NCBI GenBank assembly: GCA_035266485.1
Contig: DATFNI010000181.1
Span: 1-42,026 of the forward strand
Source: Balneolales bacterium
Lineage (GTDB): Bacteria; Bacteroidota; Rhodothermia; Balneolales; DATFMH01
Reading direction: 5' to 3'
DNA length: 42,026 nucleotides
In this document: piece by piece, positions 8,754 through 19,165 of the stretch
Position numbering within the stretch: the first letter of the stretch is position 1
Layout: every line of letters begins with the position of its first letter
Notes under the pieces: generated by a model
The model's database searches: none
Seen by the model: only the letters and a program-made list of their open reading frames with translations
Told to the model about the DNA's origin: nothing
Translations under genes and position numbers: made by a program

Positions 8754-10055
8754 TTAATTCAGGAATTCTCGTGGGTCGGTAATCTTTCCCGTGATAGCTG
8801 AAGCCGCTACGGTATAAGGTGATGCAAGATAAACCTGCGATTCCTTCGAACCCATACGACCCGGGAAGTTCCGGTTCGTCGTTGAGATGCAAACCTCTTT
8901 ACCGTTCAGGCGACCGAAAGTGTCTTCCGGGCCGCCAAGGCACGCTGCACAGGAAGCACGGCCTATCTGGCATCCTGCTTTATCAAAGATCTCCATAAGG
9001 GTTTGTCCATCAATCGTTTCTGTTTCCAGGGCTTTGCCAACTTCCGTCGTTGCAGGTACGATGAAGGTATCGAGTGCCAGCTTATGACCCTTGATGATTT
9101 TGGCAGCTGCTCTGAAGTCAGAGATCTTGCCACCCGTACAAGAGCCGATATAAGCACGGGTCAGTGGTGTGCCGGCTACTTCACGGGCCTTGGCTTTGTT
9201 ATCCGGACTGTGCGGCTTGGCAACCATCGGTTCCAGATCCTCAAGCTTGTAATTATGAACACTGTGATACTTCGCATCGTCATCGCCCTTCATCGATTCA
9301 AATGAACGATCGGTACGAGCCTTGACGTAAGCTTCAGTGATTTCATCGGGCTCAACCACGCCGTTCTTTCCACCTGCTTCAATAACCATGTTAGTCAGGG
9401 TCATGCGCGATTCCATATCCATTGCCTTGATACCCGGACCGGCAAATTCCATGGTGCGATAGGTGGCTCCGTCGACACCGATATCACCGATAATCTGCAG
9501 GATGATATCCTTTGCCATTACGTATGGCGGAATTTCATCACCATCGAAGACAAAACGCATGGTTTCAGGGACTTTTACCCACAGTTTACCGGTTCCCATG
9601 ATGAAAGCGGCATCTGTGTTACCAATACCGGTGGCAAATTGTCCGAATGCGCCGGCTGTACAGGTATGTGAGTCGGTACCAAAGAGAACTTCCCCGGGAC
9701 GTGTAAAGCCTTCTTCCGGCATAGCTACGTGGCATACACCTTTATAACGAGGGGTTCCCACGTCGAAGAAATTGGGAAGGGTCTGTTCGGCGGCAAAAGC
9801 CCGAAGGATATCAATGTTCCGGTTGGCATATTTATCATGGGTGAAAATATAGTGGTCCGGGATGATGACAAGCTTGTCCTTATCCCAGACTTTGGCGTTT
9901 TCACCGAATTGTTCTTTAAAGATAGAGATGGTCGGGGGGCCACAAACATCATGGGTCATTAACACGTCAACATCAACCCAGACACTCTCTCCGGGCTCGA
10001 CGTATTTTTTTCCACTGTGTTTTGCCAAAATCTTTTCAGTGAGAGTCATTCTCAT
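8754..10055 (-). CDS. leuC: 3-isopropylmalate dehydratase large subunit (short type)
   Basis: Aconitase-family motifs are present: MTHDVCGP, GTDSHT, IGSCTGG, NRNFPGRMG. I chose the ATG at 10055 (MRMTLTEKIL) because AAAGGAG sits 8 nt upstream. The track start at 10094 runs into a palindrome. Confidence 0.9.
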   Translation of the reverse strand: MRMTLTEKILAKHSGKKYVEPGESVWVDVDVLMTHDVCGPPTISIFKEQFGENAKVWDKDKLVIIPDHYIFTHDKYANRNIDILRAFAAEQTLPNFFDVGTPRYKGVCHVAMPEEGFTRPGEVLFGTDSHTCTAGAFGQFATGIGNTDAAFIMGTGKLWVKVPETMRFVFDGDEIPPYVMAKDIILQIIGDIGVDGATYRTMEFAGPGIKAMDMESRMTLTNMVIEAGGKNGVVEPDEITEAYVKARTDRSFESMKGDDDAKYHSVHNYKLEDLEPMVAKPHSPDNKAKAREVAGTPLTRAYIGSCTGGKISDFRAAAKIIKGHKLALDTFIVPATTEVGKALETETIDGQTLMEIFDKAGCQIGRASCAACLGGPEDTFGRLNGKEVCISTTNRNFPGRMGSKESQVYLASPYTVAASAITGKITDPREFLN

Positions 10056-10092
10056 CGGTAAACTTCTCCTTTTATTACTAATAATTATGGTC

Positions 10093-10122
10093 ACCCTGTC
10101 AGGGTCCTGACCCTGACAGGGT
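10093..10122. repeat. Perfect 14-bp-arm palindrome in the leuA-leuC spacer
   Basis: ACCCTGTCAGGGTC (10093-10106), CT, GACCCTGACAGGGT (10109-10122). No adjacent U-tract on the operon strand. Confidence 0.6.
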
Positions 10123-10151
10123 ATATTTCTAATTACAATATGTTTTCGTGT

Positions 10152-11348
10152 TTAAGCTGTTCGCGATTGTACGTGTTCGTCAACGCGTCCTTTATTCTGG
10201 TAAACGTGCGGGATCAGCGTAAGAATATCACTGTCCGGAACAATCTTCTTTTCATCGGCCAAAGCGGTGAATTTCCGGTACACGTCATCCAGTGCTTCCC
10301 CGTTTAACGGACAGCCAAGTGCTTCGAGCTTCTGGCGTAATGCAAAACGTCCGGAATGCTTGCCAAGTACAATCTTATTTGCCGAGATGCCCACCGATTG
10401 CGGTGTCATGATCTCGTAAGTCATCGGATTATTGAGGACCCCATGCTGGTGGATACCTGCTTCGTGAGCGAATGCGTTTTCTCCGACGATTGCCTTATTG
10501 GGTTGTACGGCCTTACCGGTTATCTCCGTCAACAGATTGCTCGATGCAAAAATCTCTTCTGATTTCACGTCTGTGTATTCCTCAAAATCAGTCTGCCGTG
10601 TCTTGATAGCCATCACGATCTCTTCAAGAGAGGCGTTACCCGCCCGTTCGCCTATTCCGTTGATGGTACATTCGATCTGACGGGCACCATTCCGAATGGC
10701 AGAGAGGGAATTGGCAACTGCCAGTCCCAGGTCATTGTGGCAATGCACACTAATAATCGCTTTATCGATATTGGGTACATTTTCTCTGATCTTCCTGATC
10801 AGATCGCCGTATTCCCATGGAAGGGCATAGCCAACCGTATCCGGAACATTGATGATAGTTGCACCGGCATCGATGACAGCCGTGAAAATCTCATACAGAA
10901 ACTCCGGATCACTCCGTGAAGCATCTTCGGCCGAGAACTCAACCGTATCGTAGAAGCTGCGTGCCAATTCCACAGCACAAACGGCCGATTCAAGTACCTC
11001 CTTGCGTGTCATCTTCAACTTATACTGCATATGGATATCGGAGGTAGCGATGAAGGTGTGTATCCGCGGTTTGGCAGCATATTGTAAAGCATCTGCAGCG
11101 CGCTTGATGTCGATGGATTTCGTTCGACATAGCGCAGCTACCTGGCTGTTCTTTATATGCTTCCCGACTTCCTTCACGGTTTTGTAGTCACCTTCCGAAG
11201 CGATTGGAAAACCGGCTTCTATAACATCAACTTGTAATTGTTCCAACTGCAGGGCCATACGAATTTTTTCCTGCTCGTTCATGCTGTAACCGGGCGATTG
11301 TTCGCCATCACGCAAGGTGGTATCAAAAATGCTAATTCGGTTTTCCAT
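10152..11348 (-). CDS. leuA: 2-isopropylmalate synthase, short form without the C-terminal regulatory domain
   Basis: 398 aa with [26 protein letters not shown] and [10 protein letters not shown]. The protein ends shortly after the GKHSGR subdomain. Confidence 0.8.
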   Translation of the reverse strand: MENRISIFDTTLRDGEQSPGYSMNEQEKIRMALQLEQLQVDVIEAGFPIASEGDYKTVKEVGKHIKNSQVAALCRTKSIDIKRAADALQYAAKPRIHTFIATSDIHMQYKLKMTRKEVLESAVCAVELARSFYDTVEFSAEDASRSDPEFLYEIFTAVIDAGATIINVPDTVGYALPWEYGDLIRKIRENVPNIDKAIISVHCHNDLGLAVANSLSAIRNGARQIECTINGIGERAGNASLEEIVMAIKTRQTDFEEYTDVKSEEIFASSNLLTEITGKAVQPNKAIVGENAFAHEAGIHQHGVLNNPMTYEIMTPQSVGISANKIVLGKHSGRFALRQKLEALGCPLNGEALDDVYRKFTALADEKKIVPDSDILTLIPHVYQNKGRVDEHVQSRTA

Positions 11349-11461
11349 GGTATGAGATTTTAAATGAATTCTAAGTTTCTACGATAATCTTGATCTGATT
11401 GGCCAGTAAATGCTTATGTGTAGTCGAAAGGCTACTTAGGTTATTACATAGACATAGTCGC

Positions 11462-13084
11462 TCAGTTAGGTTCCATAGGAGTTTTAGCATGGGTAGTCCT
11501 CTTTTCTTCTTTTAGTTTTTGATTCTTATACAGATAATAACTGAAACTGTCTGACAAAGCCTGCCAGCTGGCATCGATGATATTGGGTGAAACGCCGATG
11601 GTTCCCCAGGAGTCTTCTTTGTTACTTGAATCGATCAATACCCGTACGTTGGCTCCGGTGCCTTCTTTTTCATTGAGCACGCGGACCTTATAGTCGGTCA
11701 GATGCATCTCTTTTAACTCAGGATAGAACTGATGAAGTGCTTTTCGCATGGCGTAGTCGAGGGCGTGAACCGGTCCGGAGCCTTCGGCTGCGCAGTGTTC
11801 CTTGCGTCCGTTAACGAACAGCCGAATGGTAGCCTCAGAGCGTGATTCATCTTCGCCATTCTTCTCCACAATCACACGGAAGCCCTCAAGCTGAAAGTAA
11901 TCTTTCCACGGCTCGGTCATCTTCTTGACAAGCATCTCGAAGGATGCTTCCGCAGCTTCGAACTGATACCCGTTATTCTCCATCTCCTTGAGCTTGTTGA
12001 CGATTTTCGGGATATCGTGTTTGTTGCCATCCAGTTGCATGCCGAGCTCATCCGATTTATAGAATACGTTGCTTTTACCGGATAAGTCAGATACCAACAC
12101 CCGTCGGCGGTTTCCAAGCTGTTCAGGTTCAAGATGTTCATAGGTGCGTGCGTTTTTCATAACGGCACTCACGTGAACCCCACCCTTATGAGCAAAAGCA
12201 CTGCTTCCTACAAAGGGGAGTTTGTTATCGGGGCTCAGGTTAGCCACCTCGCTCACAAAGCGGGAAAGGCTGGTGAGTCTCTTTAACTGTTCATCCGGGA
12301 CACACTGATAGTTTTGTTTGAGCTGCAGATTTGGGATAATAGAACACAGATTAGTGTTACCGCAGCGTTCACCATAACCATTTATGGTTCCCTGTACGTG
12401 GACACATCCCTGTTGAATGGCCGCAAGAGAATTGGCAACTGCCAGTTCACAGTCGTTGTGTGCGTGGATGCCAAGAGGCGTGTCGGTACGTTTTTTTACT
12501 TCAGCCACAATTGCTGATACTTCATGGGGGAGGGTACCTCCATTAGTATCACAAAGAACCAGAACATCTGCACCAGCCTCCTGAGCGGCAAGCAATGTTT
12601 GAATAGCATAAGAGGAATTATCCTTGTAGCCATCGAAGAAATGCTCGGCATCATAGATCACTTCTTTGCCGTGTTTCTTCAGGTATGCAACAGATTGATA
12701 AATAATCTTCAGGTTTTCTTCAGGCGTGATATTCAGGGCGTCTTCCACATGCAAAATCCAGGTTTTGCCAAAAATGGAAGTAGCTGGTGTCTCGGCATCG
12801 ACAAGGGCCTGCAGATTGCTGTCCTCCGCAGGCTCCTTGCCGGCTCGGTGTGTGCTGCCGAAAGCGACGATCTTTGCATTGCGGAACTTTTTGTTTCTGG
12901 CCTTTTCAAAAAACGCCATGTCTTTTGGATTTGAGCCCGGCCATCCCCCTTCAATGTAGTGGATGCCAAACTCGTCCAGACGTTCCGCTATGCGAATTTT
13001 ATCATCAGCTGAGAAAGAAACCTTTTCACCCTGTGTGCCGTCACGCAGGGTGGTATCGAAGATTTTTATCAATTGTTTATCCAT
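11462..13084 (-). CDS. cimA: Citramalate synthase type (long IPMS/CimA family member with regulatory domain)
   Basis: 540 aa. The motifs [44 protein letters not shown] and LCDTNGG match my recollection of the Geobacter/Leptospira-type CimA signature. Confidence 0.75.
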   Translation of the reverse strand: MDKQLIKIFDTTLRDGTQGEKVSFSADDKIRIAERLDEFGIHYIEGGWPGSNPKDMAFFEKARNKKFRNAKIVAFGSTHRAGKEPAEDSNLQALVDAETPATSIFGKTWILHVEDALNITPEENLKIIYQSVAYLKKHGKEVIYDAEHFFDGYKDNSSYAIQTLLAAQEAGADVLVLCDTNGGTLPHEVSAIVAEVKKRTDTPLGIHAHNDCELAVANSLAAIQQGCVHVQGTINGYGERCGNTNLCSIIPNLQLKQNYQCVPDEQLKRLTSLSRFVSEVANLSPDNKLPFVGSSAFAHKGGVHVSAVMKNARTYEHLEPEQLGNRRRVLVSDLSGKSNVFYKSDELGMQLDGNKHDIPKIVNKLKEMENNGYQFEAAEASFEMLVKKMTEPWKDYFQLEGFRVIVEKNGEDESRSEATIRLFVNGRKEHCAAEGSGPVHALDYAMRKALHQFYPELKEMHLTDYKVRVLNEKEGTGANVRVLIDSSNKEDSWGTIGVSPNIIDASWQALSDSFSYYLYKNQKLKEEKRTTHAKTPMEPN

Positions 13085-13091
13085 AATGTTC

Positions 13092-14093
13092 TTATGCTTC
13101 CTGAGGCATCCAGTTCATCATATCACGTAGTCCCTTGCCTACTTTTTCAACAAGGAGAGCTCTGTGTTGGGCACGCAGGGCTTCCATACCAGGGCGTCCT
13201 GCTTTGTTTTCCAGAATCCAGTCGCGTGCAAAGGTGCCATCCTGAATATCAGAGAGGATCTTTGCCATGCGTTTTTTCGTATCAGCATCGATTACTTTCG
13301 GACCGCGGGTCATTCCGCCGTACTCCGCAGTGTCACTGACCGAATAGTACATGCGGGAGATGCCGCCTTCGTAAAACAGGTCCACGATAAGTTTCATCTC
13401 GTGCATGCATTCGAAATAAGCGATTTCCGGTTGATACCCTGCATTTACCAGGGTTTCAAATCCAGCCTTGATCAGTTCTGTTACCCCACCGCAAAGCACA
13501 GCCTGCTCCCCGAACAGATCCGTTTCTGTTTCTTCTTTGAAGGTAGTTTCGATAACTCCGGCACGTGTGCCACCAATACCCCGGGCGTAAGCAAGTGCAA
13601 TATCCTTGGTTTTGCCGCTATGATCCTGTTGTATGGCTATCAGACAGGGAACACCCGAACCTTCGCTGTAAACACGGCGCACCAGGTGACCCGGACCTTT
13701 TGGTGCAACCATGAATACATCGACGTTGCTGCCAGGTTTGATCTGATTAAAATGGATATTGAATCCATGGGCGAAAGCGAGAGCGTTACCATCCTGTAAA
13801 TTTGGTTTGATATCATTCTCATAAACCTCAACCTGTTTCTCATCGGGGACGAGTACCATAATGACATCCGCTGCTTTTGCAGCTTCTGCCGTTTCCAGCA
13901 CTTTCAAACCGGCCTCTTCAGCTATCTTCCAGGATGAGCTGTCTTTTCTGAGGCCTACAACCACATTAACTCCACTTTCTTTAAGGTTTAAGGCATGTGC
14001 ATGTCCTTGACTGCCATATCCCAAAACAGCTACGGTTTTGTTGGAAAGCAGACTCAGATCTGCATCAGAATCATAATAGGTCTTTGCTTGCAT
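13092..14093 (-). CDS. ilvC: Ketol-acid reductoisomerase
   Basis: 333 aa with [15 protein letters not shown] and [10 protein letters not shown]. Confidence 0.95.
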   Translation of the reverse strand: MQAKTYYDSDADLSLLSNKTVAVLGYGSQGHAHALNLKESGVNVVVGLRKDSSSWKIAEEAGLKVLETAEAAKAADVIMVLVPDEKQVEVYENDIKPNLQDGNALAFAHGFNIHFNQIKPGSNVDVFMVAPKGPGHLVRRVYSEGSGVPCLIAIQQDHSGKTKDIALAYARGIGGTRAGVIETTFKEETETDLFGEQAVLCGGVTELIKAGFETLVNAGYQPEIAYFECMHEMKLIVDLFYEGGISRMYYSVSDTAEYGGMTRGPKVIDADTKKRMAKILSDIQDGTFARDWILENKAGRPGMEALRAQHRALLVEKVGKGLRDMMNWMPQEA

Positions 14094-14146
14094 TATACTT
14101 TTTTTAAATGGTTTCGATGTTTATATGTATGAAAAATTTGTTCTTA

Positions 14147-14692
14147 TCAGGTATCACCGGTATACTCGCGTTTCAGGGCAACACTACCGGTCCGTGCAAC
14201 TTCCACGAGTCCGAACTGACGCAGTAACCCAATGGCTGCGTCGATCTTATCTCCACTGCCGGTAACTTCGATCGTCAGTTTATCCGTACTGATATCGATA
14301 ATCTTCGCACGAAATACGTTGACAATCTGCATGATTTCAGAACGCTTAGCCGGTGGGGCTGACACTTTGACCAATGCCAATTCTCTGGAGATAAACGGTT
14401 CAAAGGTCAGGTCTTTCACTTTCACTACGTCGATGACGTTGTGAAGCTGCTTGGTGATCTGCTCTACGATCTGTTCATCACCCTGTGTGGTGATCGTTAT
14501 CCGGGCAAGACCGGGTTCCTGTCCCTGGCCGAAGCTGATGCTTTCGATATCAAAACCCCGGCCGCTGAACATCCCTATGATGCGGGATAACGCATTCAGG
14601 TTATGAGCAACAAGGACAGAAATTGTATGTTTGGGAAGTTGGGTACCTTTCTTATCGGTACCGTTGAGATATTCAACTTTTGAAGGGGTCAT
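14147..14692 (-). CDS. ilvN: Acetolactate synthase small (regulatory) subunit
   Basis: 181 aa with an ACT-domain start HTISVLVAHNLNALSRIIGMFSGRGFDIESI. Its start overlaps the ilvB stop (ATGA). Confidence 0.9.
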   Translation of the reverse strand: MTPSKVEYLNGTDKKGTQLPKHTISVLVAHNLNALSRIIGMFSGRGFDIESISFGQGQEPGLARITITTQGDEQIVEQITKQLHNVIDVVKVKDLTFEPFISRELALVKVSAPPAKRSEIMQIVNVFRAKIIDISTDKLTIEVTGSGDKIDAAIGLLRQFGLVEVARTGSVALKREYTGDT

Positions 14693-16452
14693 TTTGGCTC
14701 CTCAACCATTTCATTTATGGCAGCACCGGCCGGTACCATCGGATAACAGTTGGCTTCTTCGACAACCTGGAAATCCATGACCACGGGCCGGTCGTTAATT
14801 TTCATTGCTTCTTCGAGTACAGATTTCATCTCTTCGGGATTGGTAGCGCGTAAACCGACGGCGCCATAACTTTCGGCGAGCTTCACGAAATCCGGATTTC
14901 CGCCTCGCAGGTCGGAATGCGAATAACGTTTGCCAAAGAAGAGTTCCTGCCACTGCCGTACCATTCCCAGGTATCCGTTGTTCATGATGGCAATCTTGAC
15001 GGGGATTTTATTTTCAACGCAGGTAGAAAGCTCATAGGCTGTCATCTGGAATCCGCCGTCACCGGTGATGCAGACAACCTGCCGGTCGGGACAGGCAACG
15101 GCCGCCCCCATGGCTGCAGGGAATCCATACCCCATCGTACCAAGACCGCCGGAAGTGATGAACGAACGGGGATGATTATATTTATACAGTTGCGCCGCCC
15201 ACATCTGGTGCTGACCAACATCAGTAACAACAATAGCCTCTCCTTTCGTTATTTCTGAAATGGCCTCTATCATGTGTTGTGGCATGATCCGGTCTTTCAG
15301 TTTAGGAGAGGAAAGGGGATGATCTTTTTTCCACTGGTGTATCGTATTCCACCACTCGTCGACTTCCGGTTTGTTGGTGTGTTTGTCGAGTTCCGGAAGA
15401 ACGCTTTTTACATGACCAACAATCGGGATCTCCACGGGCACGTTTTTGGCGATGCAGGAAGGATCGATATCGATGTGGATTTTACGTGAGTGGGGAGAGA
15501 ATCCATCGATGCGTCCGGTAACCCGATCGTCGAAACGGGCACCAACGGCCAGTAACACATCGCACTCTGTCATGGCCATATTGGCATACCATGTGCCGTG
15601 CATACCGAGCATGCCCAGCGACTGGGGTTTACCTTCAGGATAACCGCCGAGCCCCATGAGGGTAGTGGTTACTGGAATGTTTGTGCGTTCCGCAAAATCA
15701 GTAAGTTCTTTCCATGCTTCTCCCCGGATGACACCGCCGCCGGCATAAATCAAAGGTTTCTTTGCATTGCTGAGCAGTTCGGCAGCTTTGACGATCTGGC
15801 TGTAATGTCCGCGCGTGACAGGCCGGTAGCTGGGGATATTGATATTCCGCTCACCGGTATAGTAGCCTTTGGACATCACCATATTCTTTGGCAGGTCGAT
15901 CAGCACTGGACCCGGCTTGCCGCTTGTCGCAATATGAAACGCCTCACGGATAACATGCTCGAGTTGATTAGCATCCTTGACCAGGTAGCTGTGTTTGGTG
16001 ATTGGCCGGGTAATTCCAACGATGTCTGCTTCCTGGAAAGCATCGTTGCCAATCAGACTCGTAGCCACCTGACCGGTGAAAACGACCATCGGAATGGAGT
16101 CGATAGCTGCAGTAGCAATACCCGTGACGGTGTTTGTTCCGCCCGGACCTGATGTTACAAGTACCACACCGGGTTTACCCGTTGCGCGGGCATATCCATC
16201 GGCGGCGTGGGCACCTGCCTGTTCGTGCCGGATGAGTATATGCCTTAACTTTGGGTTCTTATATAGTGTATCGTATATGGGGAGTACCGCTCCACCCGGA
16301 TAACCAAATACGGTATCCACACCAAGGTCAAGTAATGTCTCGACCAGAATTTCAGCTCCGGTAAGTTCTTGTGCCTGGTTCGGTTTAGAAACCAGTGACG
16401 GCTTCGAGCCGTTAAAGTTTCTGTCCTTGATTTGCGTTGCTTCGTTGTTCAT
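14689..16452 (-). CDS. ilvB: Acetolactate synthase large subunit
   Basis: ThDP-enzyme motifs are present: GYPGGAVLPIYD, GPGGTNTVTG, GLGTMGYGFPAAMGA, GDGGFQM. I chose the ATG at 16452 because GAGG sits 5 nt upstream. The track start at 16479 is a GTG. Confidence 0.9.
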   Translation of the reverse strand: MNNEATQIKDRNFNGSKPSLVSKPNQAQELTGAEILVETLLDLGVDTVFGYPGGAVLPIYDTLYKNPKLRHILIRHEQAGAHAADGYARATGKPGVVLVTSGPGGTNTVTGIATAAIDSIPMVVFTGQVATSLIGNDAFQEADIVGITRPITKHSYLVKDANQLEHVIREAFHIATSGKPGPVLIDLPKNMVMSKGYYTGERNINIPSYRPVTRGHYSQIVKAAELLSNAKKPLIYAGGGVIRGEAWKELTDFAERTNIPVTTTLMGLGGYPEGKPQSLGMLGMHGTWYANMAMTECDVLLAVGARFDDRVTGRIDGFSPHSRKIHIDIDPSCIAKNVPVEIPIVGHVKSVLPELDKHTNKPEVDEWWNTIHQWKKDHPLSSPKLKDRIMPQHMIEAISEITKGEAIVVTDVGQHQMWAAQLYKYNHPRSFITSGGLGTMGYGFPAAMGAAVACPDRQVVCITGDGGFQMTAYELSTCVENKIPVKIAIMNNGYLGMVRQWQELFFGKRYSHSDLRGGNPDFVKLAESYGAVGLRATNPEEMKSVLEEAMKINDRPVVMDFQVVEEANCYPMVPAGAAINEMVEEPK

Positions 16453-16453
16453 T

Positions 16454-16602
16454 ATGACCTCGTTGGTTGCGGTATACACTTTTCTCGCCAGAGGTCATTC
16501 TTTAAATCGGTAAGTAAGGCTTGGAAATTTTCAGATTACTGTAGAATAACCTCTGGCAATATGTTAACGATTAATTAGTAGTAGAATTAGGCCAGAGATT
16601 AT
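16454..16602 (-). promoter_or_regulatory. Candidate translational attenuator of ilvB (four-segment switch A/B/C/D)
   Basis: On the minus-strand RNA the segments are A AUAAUCUCUGGC (16602-16591), B GCCAGAGGUUAUUCU (16557-16543), C AGAAUGACCUCUGGC (16501-16487) and D GAGGUCAU (16461-16454, the ilvB SD). Pairings are A:B 12 bp, B:C 15 bp and C:D 8 bp, and they are mutually exclusive. Confidence 0.5.
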
Positions 16603-16794
16603 ACCTACATTAATCAATAGGACTAGACTTAGTACGGGTAAAGTAAGCCCTACAGAAGGCAGGTAGAGTACGGTAGCGGAAATCAGAGAGATCACGAACA
16701 AAACAGCTTCAGGATATATGAAACCGGATTGTTGGGTATCGACTGGCATTACTGCCACTGTATGTGAGTTAGTAATAGTCAACTTTTGATCCAT
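16564..16794 (-). CDS. 76-aa ORF upstream of ilvB: either a leader-peptide-like ORF or a small two-TM protein
   Basis: 16 of the last 23 codons are Leu/Ile/Val, ending GLILLLINR*. Seven of the eight Leu codons in this tail are CTA, and none of the seven Leu codons earlier in the ORF is CTA. No SD. Confidence 0.4.
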   Translation of the reverse strand: MDQKLTITNSHTVAVMPVDTQQSGFIYPEAVLFVISLISATVLYLPSVGLTLPVLSLVLLINVGIISGLILLLINR

Positions 16795-17455
16795 AACTGA
16801 TTACAAGCTTCTTGGAATGTATATAACCGAATTTCCTGAGTCAAGTTTATTTTCATCTTTTTTTAAAAAAATTACATCAAATACTATTGGTTTTTAGAAA
16901 TGATTACTTTGTGATCTAATGGTTTTCCTTTTTTATAAGTACTTATAAAAATAATACTTATCTCATTTATTAGGGTCTAAGAGGCTATTCCTGGATTGGT
17001 TTGACCGCCTGGCTGGTGCTATTCCTCTGGTTGCAATTGCTATAAATCGAAAACGAACGCCTTTTCAAATAATTATACGGTTTTGTTCCAATCAGATTGT
17101 TGTTAGTTCATGATGTTTTACAAATGATATCAAATGATGTTCTTTAATGATTTTATATAATATTTCGATGTAAATTAAATATGAAATGGCTTCCAAAATT
17201 TTATGTTTTAGATTATATGGTCGATTAACCTAAAAATATTAATATAAAGACTTGCTGGTTTCTAAAAATAAAAGGATCTGTAGCAAAACGGGATCGATCT
17301 GTGTCCTTTAATATTTTTTGTAATACTTTCCATTAATCGTCTTACACATATATATTGTAAAACTTGTTTTTCCCATATATCGTCCACTAGTTTGGGTGAG
17401 ATGTGATTTTTCCCTTAACAGTTATTAGTAACAAAATTCAGACACAGAGTCGGTT

Positions 17456-19165
17456 ATGAGTTCCAAATTGAATAAATACAGCTCACGGTTAACACAGCAA
17501 CAATCACAGGTCGGTTCCAAAGCCATGCTTTATGGCGTGGGTCTGTCCGATGATGATATGAACAAAGCCCAGGTAGGGATTGCCAGTACGGGTTGGGAGG
17601 GAAATACCTGTAATATGCACCTCAACGGGTTTGCAGAACATGTGAAAGAGAGTGTGTATCAGTCCGGCCTGATTGGGTTTATCTTTCACACGATTGGGGT
17701 GAGCGACGGAATATCGATGGGGACCCAGGGGATGAAGTATTCGCTGCCTTCCCGGGATATCATTGCCGACTCCATTGAAACGGTCATGCGTGCTCAGTGG
17801 TATGATGGTAATATTTCCATTGCAGGATGCGACAAGAATATGCCGGGCTCTGTCATGGCGATGGCACGTTTCAACCGGCCATCGATCATGATCTACGGTG
17901 GTACCATTCGTCCGGGAAATCTGAATGGACAGAAGCTGGATATCGTCTCGGCTTTTGAATCCTATGGTCAATTTCTTTCTAAAGAAATTGATGATAACCA
18001 GTTACTGGACGTCTTGCACCATGCATGTCCGGGTGCTGGTGCCTGCGGTGGTATGTACACCGCTAATACCATGGCTGCTGCGATCGAGACCCTGGGGATG
18101 AGCCTGCCATACAGTTCATCGATTCCGGCGACGCACAGCAGGAAGATTGAGGAATGTCACCAGGCGGGCAAAGCCATTCTCACGCTGCTCGAACGCGACA
18201 TCAAGCCACGTGATATCATGACTAAACAAGCGTTTGAGAATGCCGTTGCTGTTGCTATCGCATTGGGTGGATCTACAAACGCCGTGCTGCATTTACTGGC
18301 TATGGCTTATACTGCGGACGTGGATTTTACGATCGACGACTTCCAGGAAATTAGCGCCCGCACGCCATACCTGGCCGATCTCAAACCCAGCGGGAAGTAT
18401 GTGATGGAAGATCTCTACAATGTCGGAGGCGTTCCGGCTGTACAGAAACTCCTGTTGAAAGAAGGTCTTATTGATGGTTCCTGTATAACAGTTACCGGCA
18501 AGACGCTGGAAGAAAACATAGCCGATCTGCCCGATCTGCTGGAGGGACAATCCATCGTTGCTCCCGTCTCCAATCCGATTAAAAAGAAAGGTCACATCGA
18601 AATAATGTATGGAAATCTTTCTCCAGAAGGAGCTGTGGCAAAGATCACAGGTAAGGAGGGAGAACGTTTCAGCGGCCCGGCCAAAGTGTTTGACAGCGAA
18701 GAAGACAGTCTGACTGCCATCCAGAACGGAGTGGTTAAGCCCGGTGATGTAGTAGTCATTCGCTATGAAGGACCAAAGGGGGGGCCGGGTATGCGCGAGA
18801 TGCTGTCCATTACCGCAGCTATTATGGGTGCCGGACTCGGAAAAACCGTTGCCCTGATTACCGACGGCCGCTTCTCTGGCGGCAGCCACGGTTTTGTGAT
18901 CGGTCACGTAACACCGGAAGCCCAGGTTGGTGGTCCTATTGCCCTGATACAAGATGGTGACCAGATCACAATCGATGCGGTTTCCCGCAAGATGACTCTG
19001 GATATATCCGAAGAGGAATTTGAAAAACGCAGGAAGTCATGGAAACAGCCGGAGCTTAGAGTCAAGAGTGGCTCCCTTTATAAATATGCCGTACTGGTAT
19101 CGTCGGCATCGGAAGGTTGTGTAACGGATAAAATCGAACGGGTTCCGGTAAACAGTAAACAGTAA
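17456..19165 (+). CDS. ilvD: Dihydroxy-acid dehydratase
   Basis: 569 aa with [35 protein letters not shown] and [10 protein letters not shown]. Confidence 0.95.
   Translation: MSSKLNKYSSRLTQQQSQVGSKAMLYGVGLSDDDMNKAQVGIASTGWEGNTCNMHLNGFAEHVKESVYQSGLIGFIFHTIGVSDGISMGTQGMKYSLPSRDIIADSIETVMRAQWYDGNISIAGCDKNMPGSVMAMARFNRPSIMIYGGTIRPGNLNGQKLDIVSAFESYGQFLSKEIDDNQLLDVLHHACPGAGACGGMYTANTMAAAIETLGMSLPYSSSIPATHSRKIEECHQAGKAILTLLERDIKPRDIMTKQAFENAVAVAIALGGSTNAVLHLLAMAYTADVDFTIDDFQEISARTPYLADLKPSGKYVMEDLYNVGGVPAVQKLLLKEGLIDGSCITVTGKTLEENIADLPDLLEGQSIVAPVSNPIKKKGHIEIMYGNLSPEGAVAKITGKEGERFSGPAKVFDSEEDSLTAIQNGVVKPGDVVVIRYEGPKGGPGMREMLSITAAIMGAGLGKTVALITDGRFSGGSHGFVIGHVTPEAQVGGPIALIQDGDQITIDAVSRKMTLDISEEEFEKRRKSWKQPELRVKSGSLYKYAVLVSSASEGCVTDKIERVPVNSKQ

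Noticed and set aside
8647-8892. 81-aa ORF spanning the leuC-leuD spacer and the leuC 3' end.
   Set aside because: Its N-terminal half overlaps leuC in another frame. The rest is a read-through of the REP-like palindrome (..FPGRAWERG..), so it is a repeat-derived pseudo-peptide.
13164-13799. Long antisense or shadow ORFs inside well-supported genes. This example is 211 aa opposite ilvC. Others include 18293-18952 opposite ilvD, 27971-28570 opposite the aspartokinase gene, 15598-16152 opposite ilvB, 33140-33685 and 32585-33133 opposite pheA, and 38850-39329 opposite the phosphohexomutase gene.
   Set aside because: Each lies entirely within a gene whose product has clear family motifs on the other strand. 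Their translations are low-complexity or Arg/Ser/Cys-rich with no recognisable domains.
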